This document shows positions 53,733-64,000 of a stretch of 64,000 nucleotides of DNA, in pieces. The position numbers and the translations under genes are program-made. The DNA is from Octopus vulgaris (lineage: Eukaryota). The stretch covers positions 90,024,001 through 90,088,000 of the forward strand of contig OX597824.1 in NCBI GenBank assembly GCA_951406725.2, given 5' to 3'. Under the pieces are notes generated by a model. That model searched no databases, was not told the DNA's origin, and saw nothing but the letters and a program-made list of their open reading frames with translations. Each line of letters begins with the position of its first letter. Positions within the stretch are counted from its first letter, which is position 1.

Positions 53733-55207
53733 CTTCAAATAGATCAACACTTGTCTCTACTGCATCGATTAGCAACCGTTGCAATTGCAGCCTTACATAA
53801 ATACTGGTGCACGCACGCATATATTTATATATATCTATGTGTGTGTGTGTATATATATATATATAAATATACATACATGCCTACATTCACTAAAGCATAT
53901 ACATATAGAGATGTAGACATAAAAACCAGTGCAGATGTGTTCACACACAACTGGAAATTCTATTTCAGGATTCTCGATCAGACAAAAAAACAACAACAAA
54001 AAAAAACTAAATATAAGAAAAGAAAGAACTCTGCACTCAACGCAAGGAGATGACAGCCTGCTAAACACACACACACACACACACACGCACGCACACATAC
54101 ACACATACACACATGCACATGCACACACACACACACAGAGCCACACATACACACACACATGCACATGCACACACGCACATACACACACACACACACAGCC
54201 ACACATACACACACACACACTTGCTTGTGTATATATATACACACACAATTATGCGCATGTGTGCAGGTGCACCTACTTATGCACCCACATGTTTGCATGT
54301 ATACTGATGCAGTCTGCTTAGCTGTACCTACTCATGCATACAAATGCACATTTGCAACATGCAGCAACACTCATATATACACACACCTGTGTAGGTGTAC
54401 AATTTCAGGATCTCACACACACACACACACAGACATTGACATATGCACACACATGTATGCATGTATAGATGCACTGATACACACATACACACAGGCACTT
54501 ATACATACATGTACAAGTGTATATATATTCATGACCTCTCCCACACCTATACGCAGTGGGAGTGTATATACTCAGTACTCTTAGGAGCAAACGGCTTCAC
54601 ACACACCTATACGTATACATGTTGGTGTATATACACATGAACACATATACATACAGCAAGGCATAGATGTATATGCGTTCATATACATGAATGCATATAC
54701 ATCCATGTAAGGGATGAACATACACACACACACACATATATATACACACATACATACACACACAGACACAGATTCACACACACATGCATATACCCATACA
54801 CACACACAGATGCCCAGACTCATACTCACACACACTCACCACATGCACACACACATACACTCACATGCATGCACAGATACACACACACATACACACACAT
54901 GCATACACACGTACATACACAGACACCCAGATTCACACACACACACACATGCATATACATATACACACCAAGGCACACTCACATACATATACATGCACAG
55001 ATGCCTAGATTCACATACATACACACACATGCATACATATATACATACACACAGACACCCAGATTCACACACACATACACACGCACACATAGACAGACAC
55101 ACACACACACAGGCACACACTCACACACACATACACACACGTGTTGCAAGTCCTCCCTCCTTTTGTCTCACCTTTTCTATCTCTCTCTTTCTCTCTCTCT
55201 CTTCCAG

Positions 55208-55287
55208 ATGTGGTGTGAAGGTCTAAGGAAGGTGACAACCAATTTCAAAGCAAAACATGTTTGTCCTATGACATGTTTGAAGAAGCA
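55208..55287 (+). CDS. PLCB4: PLC-beta coding exon 5 (end of PH domain)
   Basis: cttccag|ATG...CA|gtgagt; 80 nt, MWCEGLRKVTTNFKAKHVCPMTCLKK(H) (cf. WVEGLR...PMTCLKKH); phase 0/2. Confidence 0.95.
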
Positions 55288-55880
55288 GTGAGTACACTAT
55301 GCCTACACTTCCTCATGTACTAGTAGTAATAGTAGTAGTAGTGGCAGTAGTAGTAGCAGCAGCAGCAGCAGCAGCTTCTACTGCTGCCATCATTTTTGTC
55401 ATCATCATCATCATCGCCATCAATCTTTTTCTTTTCTTACACACTTGCATGTAACTTCCGCATACATTGATATACCAACTGTCGGCAAACACACGCATAT
55501 CCTCATACAGTTATACATACATTTGTAGGTGTGTATATATACATACTCATGAACTTGCAGGTCTTTATATATCTTTATAGTGTATAAAAGTGAAGTTCGT
55601 GCATAGCTGTATGAATTTTATACACCAACATCGTATTTAAGCAGGAGAATAAGACATCCTTTCTCTCATTCGTTCTCATGCTTACGTTGAGAAACACTGC
55701 AAAGCCAGCAGTGACAGCACTGGTCTCTTGTGCCTCACTACACCCTTTTTACCCTGTCATGGATAAGCTACATTCACATGGGAGAAAGGCCAAAACCAGA
55801 AGCAAAGTGAAAATATACCCTCATCATGTAGTAAATTAAAATAACTGTTGTAGGATTCAAGTGGTTGCAGCTGAAATTTC

Positions 55881-56780
55881 TACAAAGTCTGATCAATAAG
55901 TATCTGGTCTGGTACTATAAAAACACATCTACAACACGTACCAATTTGGCATTTAACCCTTTCATTACTGTATTTATTTTGAGATGCTCTGTGTTTCTTT
56001 CAATTACTTTAAATATAACAAAGAATTTAGTAAAATAATTTAATTATCATTAAGCTAGTGTTAGGAACATAAATTGTGACTAAGGTTTGGTGGAAGATTT
56101 TAATGAAAAACTTATGAAAACAAGACATTTGTACTACAGTGTCAGAGCCGGTTTTGGCCGGGTTGGTAACAAAAGGGTTAATCTCCTTCAAAGTAATCCC
56201 CTTCAGAAGCCATACACTTAATCCAGTGCTGTTTCCATTAATGGAAGCATTCCTGGAACTCGTTTTCTGTAACAATCAGCAGCTTGTATTCATTGCATTC
56301 ACTTTGATTTTCCTTGATGTCCTGAAATCTTCTCCCTTTTTCAAGTGGGGTTTGATTTTTGGAAAGAAGAAACAGTTGCAAGGGGTGAGATCAACTGTAC
56401 TGAATGGGCAGGGGCTTTGTCAGCTGAAAGCAGTTTTGGCACAAACTTGGCAGACATGCATCTCATAGCCTAAGTTTCAGTGATAATGGACTGAACTGAA
56501 CTGAACTGTAACTAATCTGCCCATCGTCCAACAACCAACAGATGGGGATTCGATGATTTCTCCTCACAGCTGCATGCACATCTGTGATGTTTTTCTCAGT
56601 TCTGTTGGTTGTGGGTCTCTTAGAACGTTCATCACTATGGACATATTTTTTTGGCTCATATACTCCTCTCCATAAACTTTCTGCAACTTTGCAGTGGCCT
56701 CTGAGCAGATATCACCAAGCTTTTGGCAAAATTTGATGCAGAGTCATAGTCAATGCAACGATCACACGCTACACACATTC
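55881..56780 (-). pseudogene. Decayed, internally deleted mariner transposon
   Basis: Minus-strand fragments: N-terminal CIKFCQKLGDICSEATAKLQKVYGEEYMSQ (about 56650-56740), DLTPCNCFFFPKIK (YSPDLAPxDFxLF motif, about 56350-56392) and C-terminal FQECFH*WKQHWIKCMASEGDYFEGD* (about 56179-56258). TIR-like end tacaaagtctgatcaataagtatc at 55881. Confidence 0.85.
55957..56177. mobile_element. piggyBac-type MITE inserted at the mariner stop codon
   Basis: TTAA|CCCTTTCATTAC...GTAACAAAAGGG|TTAA: TTAA target duplication and CCCTTT/AAAGGG termini. Confidence 0.8.
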
Positions 56781-57367
56781 CTTCCAAGCATTGCTGTAAA
56801 CACAGAAGGGACAAACAAGGAAAAAACAAAGGGATTAAGTCGATTACATCCACTCCAGTGCGTAACTGGTACTTATTTAATCGACCCCGAAAGGATGAAA
56901 GGTAAAGTCGACCTCAGCGGAATGTGAACTCAGCATGTAACGACAGACGAAATACCTATTTCTTTACTACCCACAAGGGGCTAAACACAGAGAGGACAGA
57001 CAAGGACAGACAAACGGATTAAGTCAATTACATCGACCCCAGTGCGTAACTGGTACTTATTTAATCAACCCCGAAAGGATGAAAGGCAAAGTCAACCTCA
57101 GCGGAATTTGAACTCAGAACATAACAGCAGACGAAATACCGCAAAGCATTTCGCCTAGCGTGCTAATGATTCTGTTTGCTACAGTAGGGGCCAAAATGAC
57201 CTGTGTTGCGACAATGTCCTTTACCTTTGCTGAAGGAAATAAATATTGTTGGATGGGGCAGAAATCACTCTGGTCTCTCATTGGCAGTTTCTTCAACTGT
57301 TTTCTTCTGCTTATTTCAGTCACTGGAATACGGCCATGCTGGAGCACTGCCTTGAAATAAAAAGGGA

Positions 57368-57487
57368 TGCTTACAGTACCTAGGCTTCCCAAGTGGTCAC
57401 CCATCTAAGTACCAGCTAGGCTCAATGTTACTTAACTTCAGTGATCAGACAAGAAGCTATGCTTTCAATGTGATGTGGCCGTCATGC
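57368..57487 (-). pseudogene. 5S rRNA-derived sequence (degenerate; probable head of a 5S-derived SINE)
   Basis: Reverse complement GCATGACGGCCACATCACATTGAAAGCATAGCTTCTTGTCTGATCACTGAAGTTAAGTAACATTGAGCCTAGCTGGTACTTAGATGGGTGACCACTTGGGAAGCCTAGGTACTGTAAGCA is about 120 nt and colinear with animal 5S rRNA. Box A (AGTTAAG) and box C (TACTTAGATGGG) are recognisable; many CpG-type substitutions. Confidence 0.88.
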
Positions 57488-58466
57488 ATACAGCTGAGAA
57501 GAATGCACTTGTTCACACACAGACACACACACACACACAGACAGACACGCACACACGTACACTTTTGTGTGTGTTTGGTTGTTATTTTGGAGTGAAATAA
57601 ATACTTGAAGCACTTAGTCTCAAGTGAATGCTGGCTTATGAATGAACAGCAGTTGGAAACACGATGTACACATTGAGAATATCTTTTGGCTTTTGTCGGG
57701 TTTCCATTGTTTTCTATTGCGAGAATTAACACAAATGGAACTCTATATGTATGTGTGTATGCATGCAAGAATGTATAAAGAGAGCTGAGAAAAAAGGTAC
57801 AGAGATATTTGCGGATAACTACTGCACAGGAAACCTCTACATGGTCACTAGACTAGCTAGAAATGGCAACCAAATCTCCATCAAGTCTTTAATAAGAACA
57901 GAAATGCATTAGTTAATGTGACTGTGACCAACCAGGCTATCAGATGTTGCTACACATCGCTGGTCACAATGCGCTTTGCATTGTTTTAGCCTTCAAATGA
58001 CGCCACCCCACTGGCTAAGCGAGCAGGCCAACAGAAGAAAGAGTGAGAGAAAGTTGTGGCAAAAGAGTACAGCGAGGATCGCCACTACCCCCTGCCGGAG
58101 CCTCATGGAGCTTTTAGGTGTTTTCGCTCAATAAACACTCACAACACCCGGTCTGGGAATTGAAACTACAAGTCTACAACTGCGAGTCCACTGCCCTAAC
58201 CACTGGGCCATTGTGCCCCCACATTAGTTAATGTAGTCCCAGATAACCCTAAAAGTATGTGATTCTTTTTTAGGAGTATACCTTCAGTCATGGGTCTGCT
58301 TGGTTAGGGCTGACCTGGGGTTGGGCGATCCCATCATACAAACACACATACAAAAAACACACCCACACAGAAACACACACACACACACACACATACAATA
58401 CACACATATGCATGTACACACACACCAAATATATTTACTGATGTTGTTTCTTTTATTTTCTTTCAG

Positions 58467-58520
58467 TTGGTTAAAACTTTGTCTAATGGTGAACCCCAGT
58501 GGTAAAATCCCGGTGAGAAG
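58467..58520 (+). CDS. PLCB4: PLC-beta coding exon 6 (EF-hand region)
   Basis: tttcag|T TGG...AG|gtaaga; 54 nt, WLKLCLMVNPSGKIPVR(S); phase 2/2 is compatible with both neighbours. Confidence 0.95.
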
Positions 58521-58903
58521 GTAAGAACCCCTATGTCTGTCTCGTAATATTTTACTGCAGGAAAATTTGAAGGTACAGTGGTGAGTGGGTGGGTGGAGGA
58601 GATATATGTCTCATACTGCTATGGTAACCAATATACAGCAATCCATCCGTTTCCTCCACTCCACCCTACTATTCCTGGAAAGTCGTGGGTAGGGCCATCT
58701 CAAAGTACCAGCAATTCGGGCAGTCACCTAGGGCACCACGTCCTAGGGGGCGCCAAGGAGAGCATGACAAAGACAAGGCAATTTCCAGAACTGTCAGCTT
58801 GTACACGCTGGAAGTCAGCTTGCCTGGGACACCAGCAACCCCAGAGCTGACTGTTTCATAGGGTCCTACTGGATGCAACCATCACTGTACATTCTGGCTT
58901 TAT

Positions 58904-59131
58904 TTAACCCCTAAGCATTCAGATTACTCTCCCAAATGCAATTCTTACTCATCCACATTATTTGGAATTAATCATGCATTATCTTGTAGCGATGAGATTT
59001 TCCTGATGTGATTGCTTATTTTTAGAAAGACATTGTAGGACAGGTGTGAGAATTCACACCTGACTGGTTTGAACATAAAACAAGAAGGATATTTAGGCCG
59101 GATATGACCGGTTTGAATGCTAAGTGGCTAA
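58904..59131. mobile_element. piggyBac-type MITE, abundant family (ttaaccctttagcattcagattactc...)
   Basis: TTAA-CCC start and degenerate ...gaatgctaagtggctaa end; related pieces at about 3930-4125, 5560-5674, 24420-24537, 40300-40468 and 63535-63670. Confidence 0.6.
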
Positions 59132-59193
59132 TCATAGCTCTACTCAATCTAGGTTGCCCTTGAGCTAAACCAGAACTACAATTTACATTTTTG

Positions 59194-59227
<34 letters not shown>

Positions 59228-59229
59228 GC

Positions 59230-59315
<86 letters not shown>

Positions 59316-59319
59316 TCAG

Positions 59320-59401
59320 TATCACCCGTACATTTGCATCTGGAAGAACAGAGAAAATGATTATGCAATGTTTAAAAGACTTAGGATTGCCTGGCGGGAA
59401 A
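59320..59401 (+). CDS. PLCB4: PLC-beta coding exon 7 (EF-hand region)
   Basis: tttcag|T ATC...AAA|gtaagt; 82 nt, [27 protein letters not shown] (cf. [12 protein letters not shown]...LGLPSGK); phase 2/0. Confidence 0.96.
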
Positions 59402-59488
59402 GTAAGTGTTACTAAAACAACCTGCTCCCTTTCTCCTTTCACCTCACACCTTCTATTCCTATCCTCTCCTCTTAAACAGTTCAAGACC

Positions 59489-59521
<33 letters not shown>

Positions 59522-59766
59522 GTATAGGCAGAGGTGGAGGTGTGGCTGTGTGGTAAGAAGCTTGCTTCCCACCACATGGTTCCAGGTTCAGTCTCACTGT
59601 GTAACATCTTGGGCAAGTGACTTCTCAGGTCGACCAAAGCATTGTGAGTGGATTTGGTTGACAGAAACTGAAAGAAGCCCATCGTGTTGTCCCTTTTTGT
59701 ATCACCTAGTTGTCCGGATGTTTTGCATTCATGTCCCATTTTGTATTTTATATATATATATATATT

Positions 59767-59977
59767 CAGGGTGACCCAAAAGTATGTTTACAGTTATTCA
59801 TCTATCTCTTTCACATTCACATATTAACAGTTTAGATGTTAATTATAAAAAAATATCAAACTATTATTCTATGCTAATTTAGTTAATTGCAAGATAGAAA
59901 TGTAAATGTAATAAATGTTTTTCAAAAAATTTAAAGTGCCTACATGATAACTGTAAACCTACTTTTGGGCCACCTTG
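59767..59977. mobile_element. Tc1/mariner-type MITE
   Basis: About 30-bp TIRs cagggtgacccaaaagtatgtttacagtta / taactgtaaacctacttttgggccaccttg, embedded in (TA)n. Confidence 0.75.
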
Positions 59978-59989
59978 TATATATACATA

Positions 59990-60025
<36 letters not shown>

Positions 60026-60495
60026 TGTATATGTTTGCATCTTTGTGTCTCTGTTTGCCCACCCCCCCATTGCTTGACAACCGATGGTGGTGTGTTTACG
60101 TCCCCATAACTTAGTTTGGCAAAAGAGATTGCTAGATTAAGTTACTAGGCTTTCGAAGAATAAGTCCTGGGGGTCGATTTGTTCGACTAAAGGCGGTGCT
60201 CTAGCATGGCCACAGTCAAATGACTGAAAGAAGTAAAAGAATAAAAGAATATATAAATACATGTATAAGCTATACTCCTAATTCACTGTTAGAACTTCAT
60301 ACAAATTTTTTATTTGCCCTTCATAGCCATAGCTTTGTACCCATGTGTAATTGATATCCTGGTTTTCCCAGTTTAGATCAAGTATGAAATAGTGTGAATT
60401 ATACATGAATAAATATGGAATCGTTATAATTCCTGCATGAACTGGTTTAATTAATGAAATTAAATTAATGATGTTGTTGTTGTTGTTTTTCACAG

Positions 60496-60596
60496 AATGA
60501 AGAAATTGAACGAGCTGCATTCACATTTGATAAGTTTTACGATCTTTATCATAAAATCTGTCCTCGTACCGATATTGAGGAACTTTTTAAAGAATT
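60496..60596 (+). CDS. PLCB4: PLC-beta coding exon 8 (EF-hand region)
   Basis: cacag|AAT...TT|gtaagt; 101 nt, [33 protein letters not shown](L) (ICPRTDIE motif); phase 0/2. Confidence 0.96.
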
Positions 60597-60666
60597 GTAA
60601 GTAATTTACTTTCAGGATTGGATCTGATTTCCTTTCCTTTCGTTTTCTCTCTTTTCTGTGTATGTA

Positions 60667-61494
60667 CCGTAAACCCTTAAGTATAATCCCCATTTTTTTC
60701 CCCCAAAATTTAAAGGTCAAAATCCCTAGTGCGTATTATATACGAAATTAAAAATGAAAAATATTTTCTAAGCAGTGTCCAAGTCTCTATTTGATCTCCG
60801 GCAATGTTTTGTGATGCTGGGCGTGAAAATACCTTAAGCTAAGCCTGAAAGCAATGAAGTTATAAAACAAATCATCCATAACTTGCAGTAAGCAACATTT
60901 ATTAAAATAAAAGTATTCAGAACACAGAAAAACATGTGGCCGTAGCCAGTACCGCATCGACTGGCCTCCGTGCTGTGGGCACGTAACAAACACCATCCGA
61001 GCGTGGCTGTTCGCCAGCCTCGTCTGGCACCTGTGTCGGTGGCACACAAAAAACACCATCCGAGCGTGGCTGTTCACCAGCCTCATCTGGCACCTGTGTC
61101 GGTGGCACATAAAATCACCCACTACACTCTCGGAGTGGTTGGCATCCAGCTGTAGAAACACTGCCAGATCTGACTGGCCTGGTGCAGCCTTCGGGCTCCC
61201 CAGACCCCAGTTGTACCATCCAACCCATGCTAGCATGGAAAGCGGGCGTTAAACGATGATGATGATGATGATGATGATTTACATTCCCATGTAACAGTTA
61301 AGAACATCACCATTATTGTATTACGCATGTGCGGAAGTGTTTGTTTGACTAGGTGCTGCTGGCTTAATTACGCATGACTCAAGTTAGAGAAGGAGCACAT
61401 ATTATACACAAGGTTTAGGTTTTTCAGAAGTACAGCCCCCTAAAAATCCCCTGCATATTATACTTAAGGGCGGACTATACTCGAGGATTTACGG
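60667..61494. mobile_element. pogo/Tigger-type non-autonomous DNA transposon with nested RTE 3' UTR
   Basis: TA|CCGTAAACCCTTAAGTATAATCC...GGACTATACTCGAGGATTTACGG|TA; internal subterminal repeats (tattata); RTE UTR copy at about 60935-61277. Confidence 0.75.
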
Positions 61495-62074
61495 TATGCA
61501 GGTAACAGTTATTGTTGATGTTGTTAGATCTAACATCATGGAGGCACATGGTTAAGTGTTTAGGAATGTTCAGCTCATTATCGTAAGGTCTTGAGTTCAA
61601 TTCCTGGCAGTAGTACATTGTGACCTTGAGCAAGACTTTATTTCATGCTGCTCCAGTCCACTCACCTGACAAAAATGAGGAGTACCTGTAACTCTAAAGA
61701 GCCAGCCTTGTAACATTCTGTGTCACACTGAATCTCCCTAATAATTATGTTATGGGTAAGTGTGTCTGTGGTGTACTCAGCCACTTACATGTTCATCTTA
61801 TGAACAGGCTGTCCAGCTGGGACCCTTGTCATCACAACTGACAAACTATCAGATCTGACATCTCTACCTTATTGTTATCATTACTGGGCTACCCTTAAAC
61901 CCAAATAGGGAAAATCTAAGCTCAAAACCATTCTGAATGTGATGATTCTGTCTTTTGGTATCATGTAAGACTATATTATATAATATAGACTGACATGATC
62001 CTTGATCATCTGTTGTGATTGCACATCTATAAGCATTTGGAACTTTTACTGCAGGGATCCAAACAACTAAAAGC

Positions 62075-62277
62075 TCTATCTCTGTCCGGGTTGCGGATCC
62101 GTGGAATAAGCTGCCGGACGAGATAGAGAAGATGCCGACGACCGCTCGGTTCAAGGTCTCCCTTGACCTCAAGTGTCCTGAACTCTTTACATGAACACCA
62201 CCCTGTACTTAACTCCATGTCCCCCTACATGGCCTTGCTTTTTGCTTTTTGAGCCAAAAATTAACTTAACTTAACCA
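62075..62277 (+). mobile_element. 3' end of a CR1 LINE
   Basis: From 62081: SVRVADPWNKLPDEIEKMPTTARFKVSLDLKCPELFT* (stop 62192-62194), matching the CR1 FSxRVxxxWNxLP...FKxxLD terminus; short UTR and (TTAAC)n tail. Confidence 0.8.
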
Positions 62278-62928
62278 TAATGATTAAACGCATGCAGGAA
62301 CTATGATATAAATTTGTGTTTATGTTATTTCTCCTTCAGATATTCTTTTCTACTCTAGGCACAAGGCCCGAAATTTTGGGTGAGGGTCCAGTCGATTAGA
62401 TCGATCCCAGTAGGCAATTAGCACTTAATCTATTGGCCCTGAAAGGATGAAAGGCAAAGTTAACGTTGGCGGAATTTGAACTCTGAATGTAAAGACAGAT
62501 GAAATACCGTTACAAATTTTGCTCAGCGTGCTAACGATTCTGCCAGCTTGCCACCTTATTTCTCCTTCAGATATTAAAAAAAAAACAACGATCATCAGCC
62601 TTGAAGGATAACCATGACGATGACACACACACACACACCATTAAAGATGTACTGATTGGATCTAAAACCGCTGTCATTAACGAGCAAGTAATTTAAATCT
62701 GCTATGGATGCCAAAACTCTCTGCGGCTCTTGAGCAGTCCTATTTCAGTGAAGTTCATTTTCTTGTGCTCTGCAAACAAGGTTAGCAGCTGTTCCATTTG
62801 GGATTGGTCATTTCTTGTAGACCAATAGTTTTACCAAATTAAGGTCACCATCCTGCATAGTATTAACACGTCTTTGTACAAATAAATAATCTCGCATTTA
62901 CTATTGTTTTCTTTTCTTTTCTCTTCAG

Positions 62929-62983
62929 AAGTGGCGATAAAGCATTCTTGACAATAAATCAACTTATTGACTTCTTCAATGAA
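62929..62983 (+). CDS. PLCB4: PLC-beta coding exon 9 (EF-hand region); gene continues beyond the window
   Basis: ctcttcag|A AGT...GAA|gtaagt; 55 nt, SGDKAFLTINQLIDFFNE (cf. GDKTDYLTVDQLVSFLNE); phase 2/0. Confidence 0.93.
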
Positions 62984-64000
62984 GTAAGTATATTGGAGGA
63001 AATGGTAGAGTTGGGTTGAAGAAGGGGTTGTTTTTTTTTCTCATTCACAATATTCTAGAAACTTTTTGTTTTTGTGCTTGGTTTGTAAGATTCTCTTGGT
63101 GTGAACCTGTGTTTTGAAACGTAATTTGTTCTGTCTTGGGAGGGTCATTATGCCAGTAATGAACACACACATGCTGGTTGTATTTCACTTCTTTTATTAT
63201 TATCATTATTATTATTAGTAGTAGTATTATTATGATAGTTATTATTTGTCAATTTGATAACTATTTAACTAATTAATTGATTAGTAGATTAATTGTTCAG
63301 TTGATAAATTATTGAGTTAGGTTTGTCAAAATCTTTTCTTCTCCATTCATGACTTCATCAATAATGTACCTCTCTCTACTCCTGCTCTGCTGTAAGTCTC
63401 TGGCTGCCTATGAGAATGACCTCATGTCATTGAAGAGGTTGCAAACGGCCTTGAAAGGACTTCCATTGACTGATTGACTGAACAATTAACCAAACAACTA
63501 AATAAATAATTAATTAAATGTTAATGAATTGACATTTCGATGATGTGATTGTTTATTTTTAGAATGATATTATAGGCTAAGTGTGAGAGGCCAGATCTGG
63601 TCAGTTTGGTCATGAAGCAGGTAGAATATATGGGCCCCAGATATAGGTGCCTTAAATGCTAAAGGGTTAAATCAACTCCTTAACGAATAAAAAAAAAATG
63701 GTAAAGGAGTTAACCCAAGTAAGATTTGAACCTCAAGACATGGGTGATGAAATTCATATTGGTAAAGCATCGGGTCAATTCCTTTATTATTTCTCACCCC
63801 CACCCCCATAAATGCACCCGGGAACGAAATTTGCTTTGTCAGTGTAAACCCAGTTTTTCAGGAGGATGTTCAAACATTTTTCATTACCCCCACCACCACC
63901 AACCTACCCCACCCAAGATAATTTTGGGGATGCACTCTCAGTCCCTGTAACCCATCTCTGAGCCTATGCCCCAGCTCTGCTCCCTGTCTAAGGGCTAAGT

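Noticed and set aside
57368-57487. Functional 5S rRNA gene
   Set aside because: Single dispersed copy with many substitutions that disrupt helices, joined to a retroposon tail.

Overview
Eukaryotic, AT-rich and very repeat-dense DNA whose SINE, LINE and microsatellite content points to an octopus (coleoid cephalopod) genome; the species cannot be fixed from sequence alone. The only host gene found is the 5' part of a plus-strand phospholipase C beta of the PLCB4/norpA type. It has nine GT-AG coding exons (15038-15121, 39892-39972, 45153-45218, 50884-51021, 55208-55287, 58467-58520, 59320-59401, 60496-60596, 62929-62983) that splice in frame to 741 nt / 247 aa. These cover the PH domain and EF-hand region, and the gene continues beyond the window. 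Almost all ORFs in the supplied track are microsatellite or SINE artefacts. The introns hold several tRNA-derived SINE families, a 5S rRNA-headed SINE-like element, 3' remnants of RTE, CR1-like, Tx1/L1-like and R4/Dong-like LINEs, a decayed mariner, and hAT, Tc1, pogo and piggyBac-type MITEs, plus mini- and microsatellites. The most interesting leads are: (1) a donor site AAG|ATAAAT|GTAAGC that looks like an ancestral GT donor changed to AT, which A-to-I editing could re-create; (2) SINE tails that match LINE 3' ends present in the same window; (3) a repeat-spacer-like hairpin array in the RTE 3' UTR; (4) minimal hammerhead-like motifs; (5) two long near-perfect hairpins; (6) a homeodomain-site cluster in an intron. 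No prokaryotic-type system (CRISPR etc.) is supported. All alignments were made by eye, and comparisons to known proteins rely on recalled family sequences rather than database searches.
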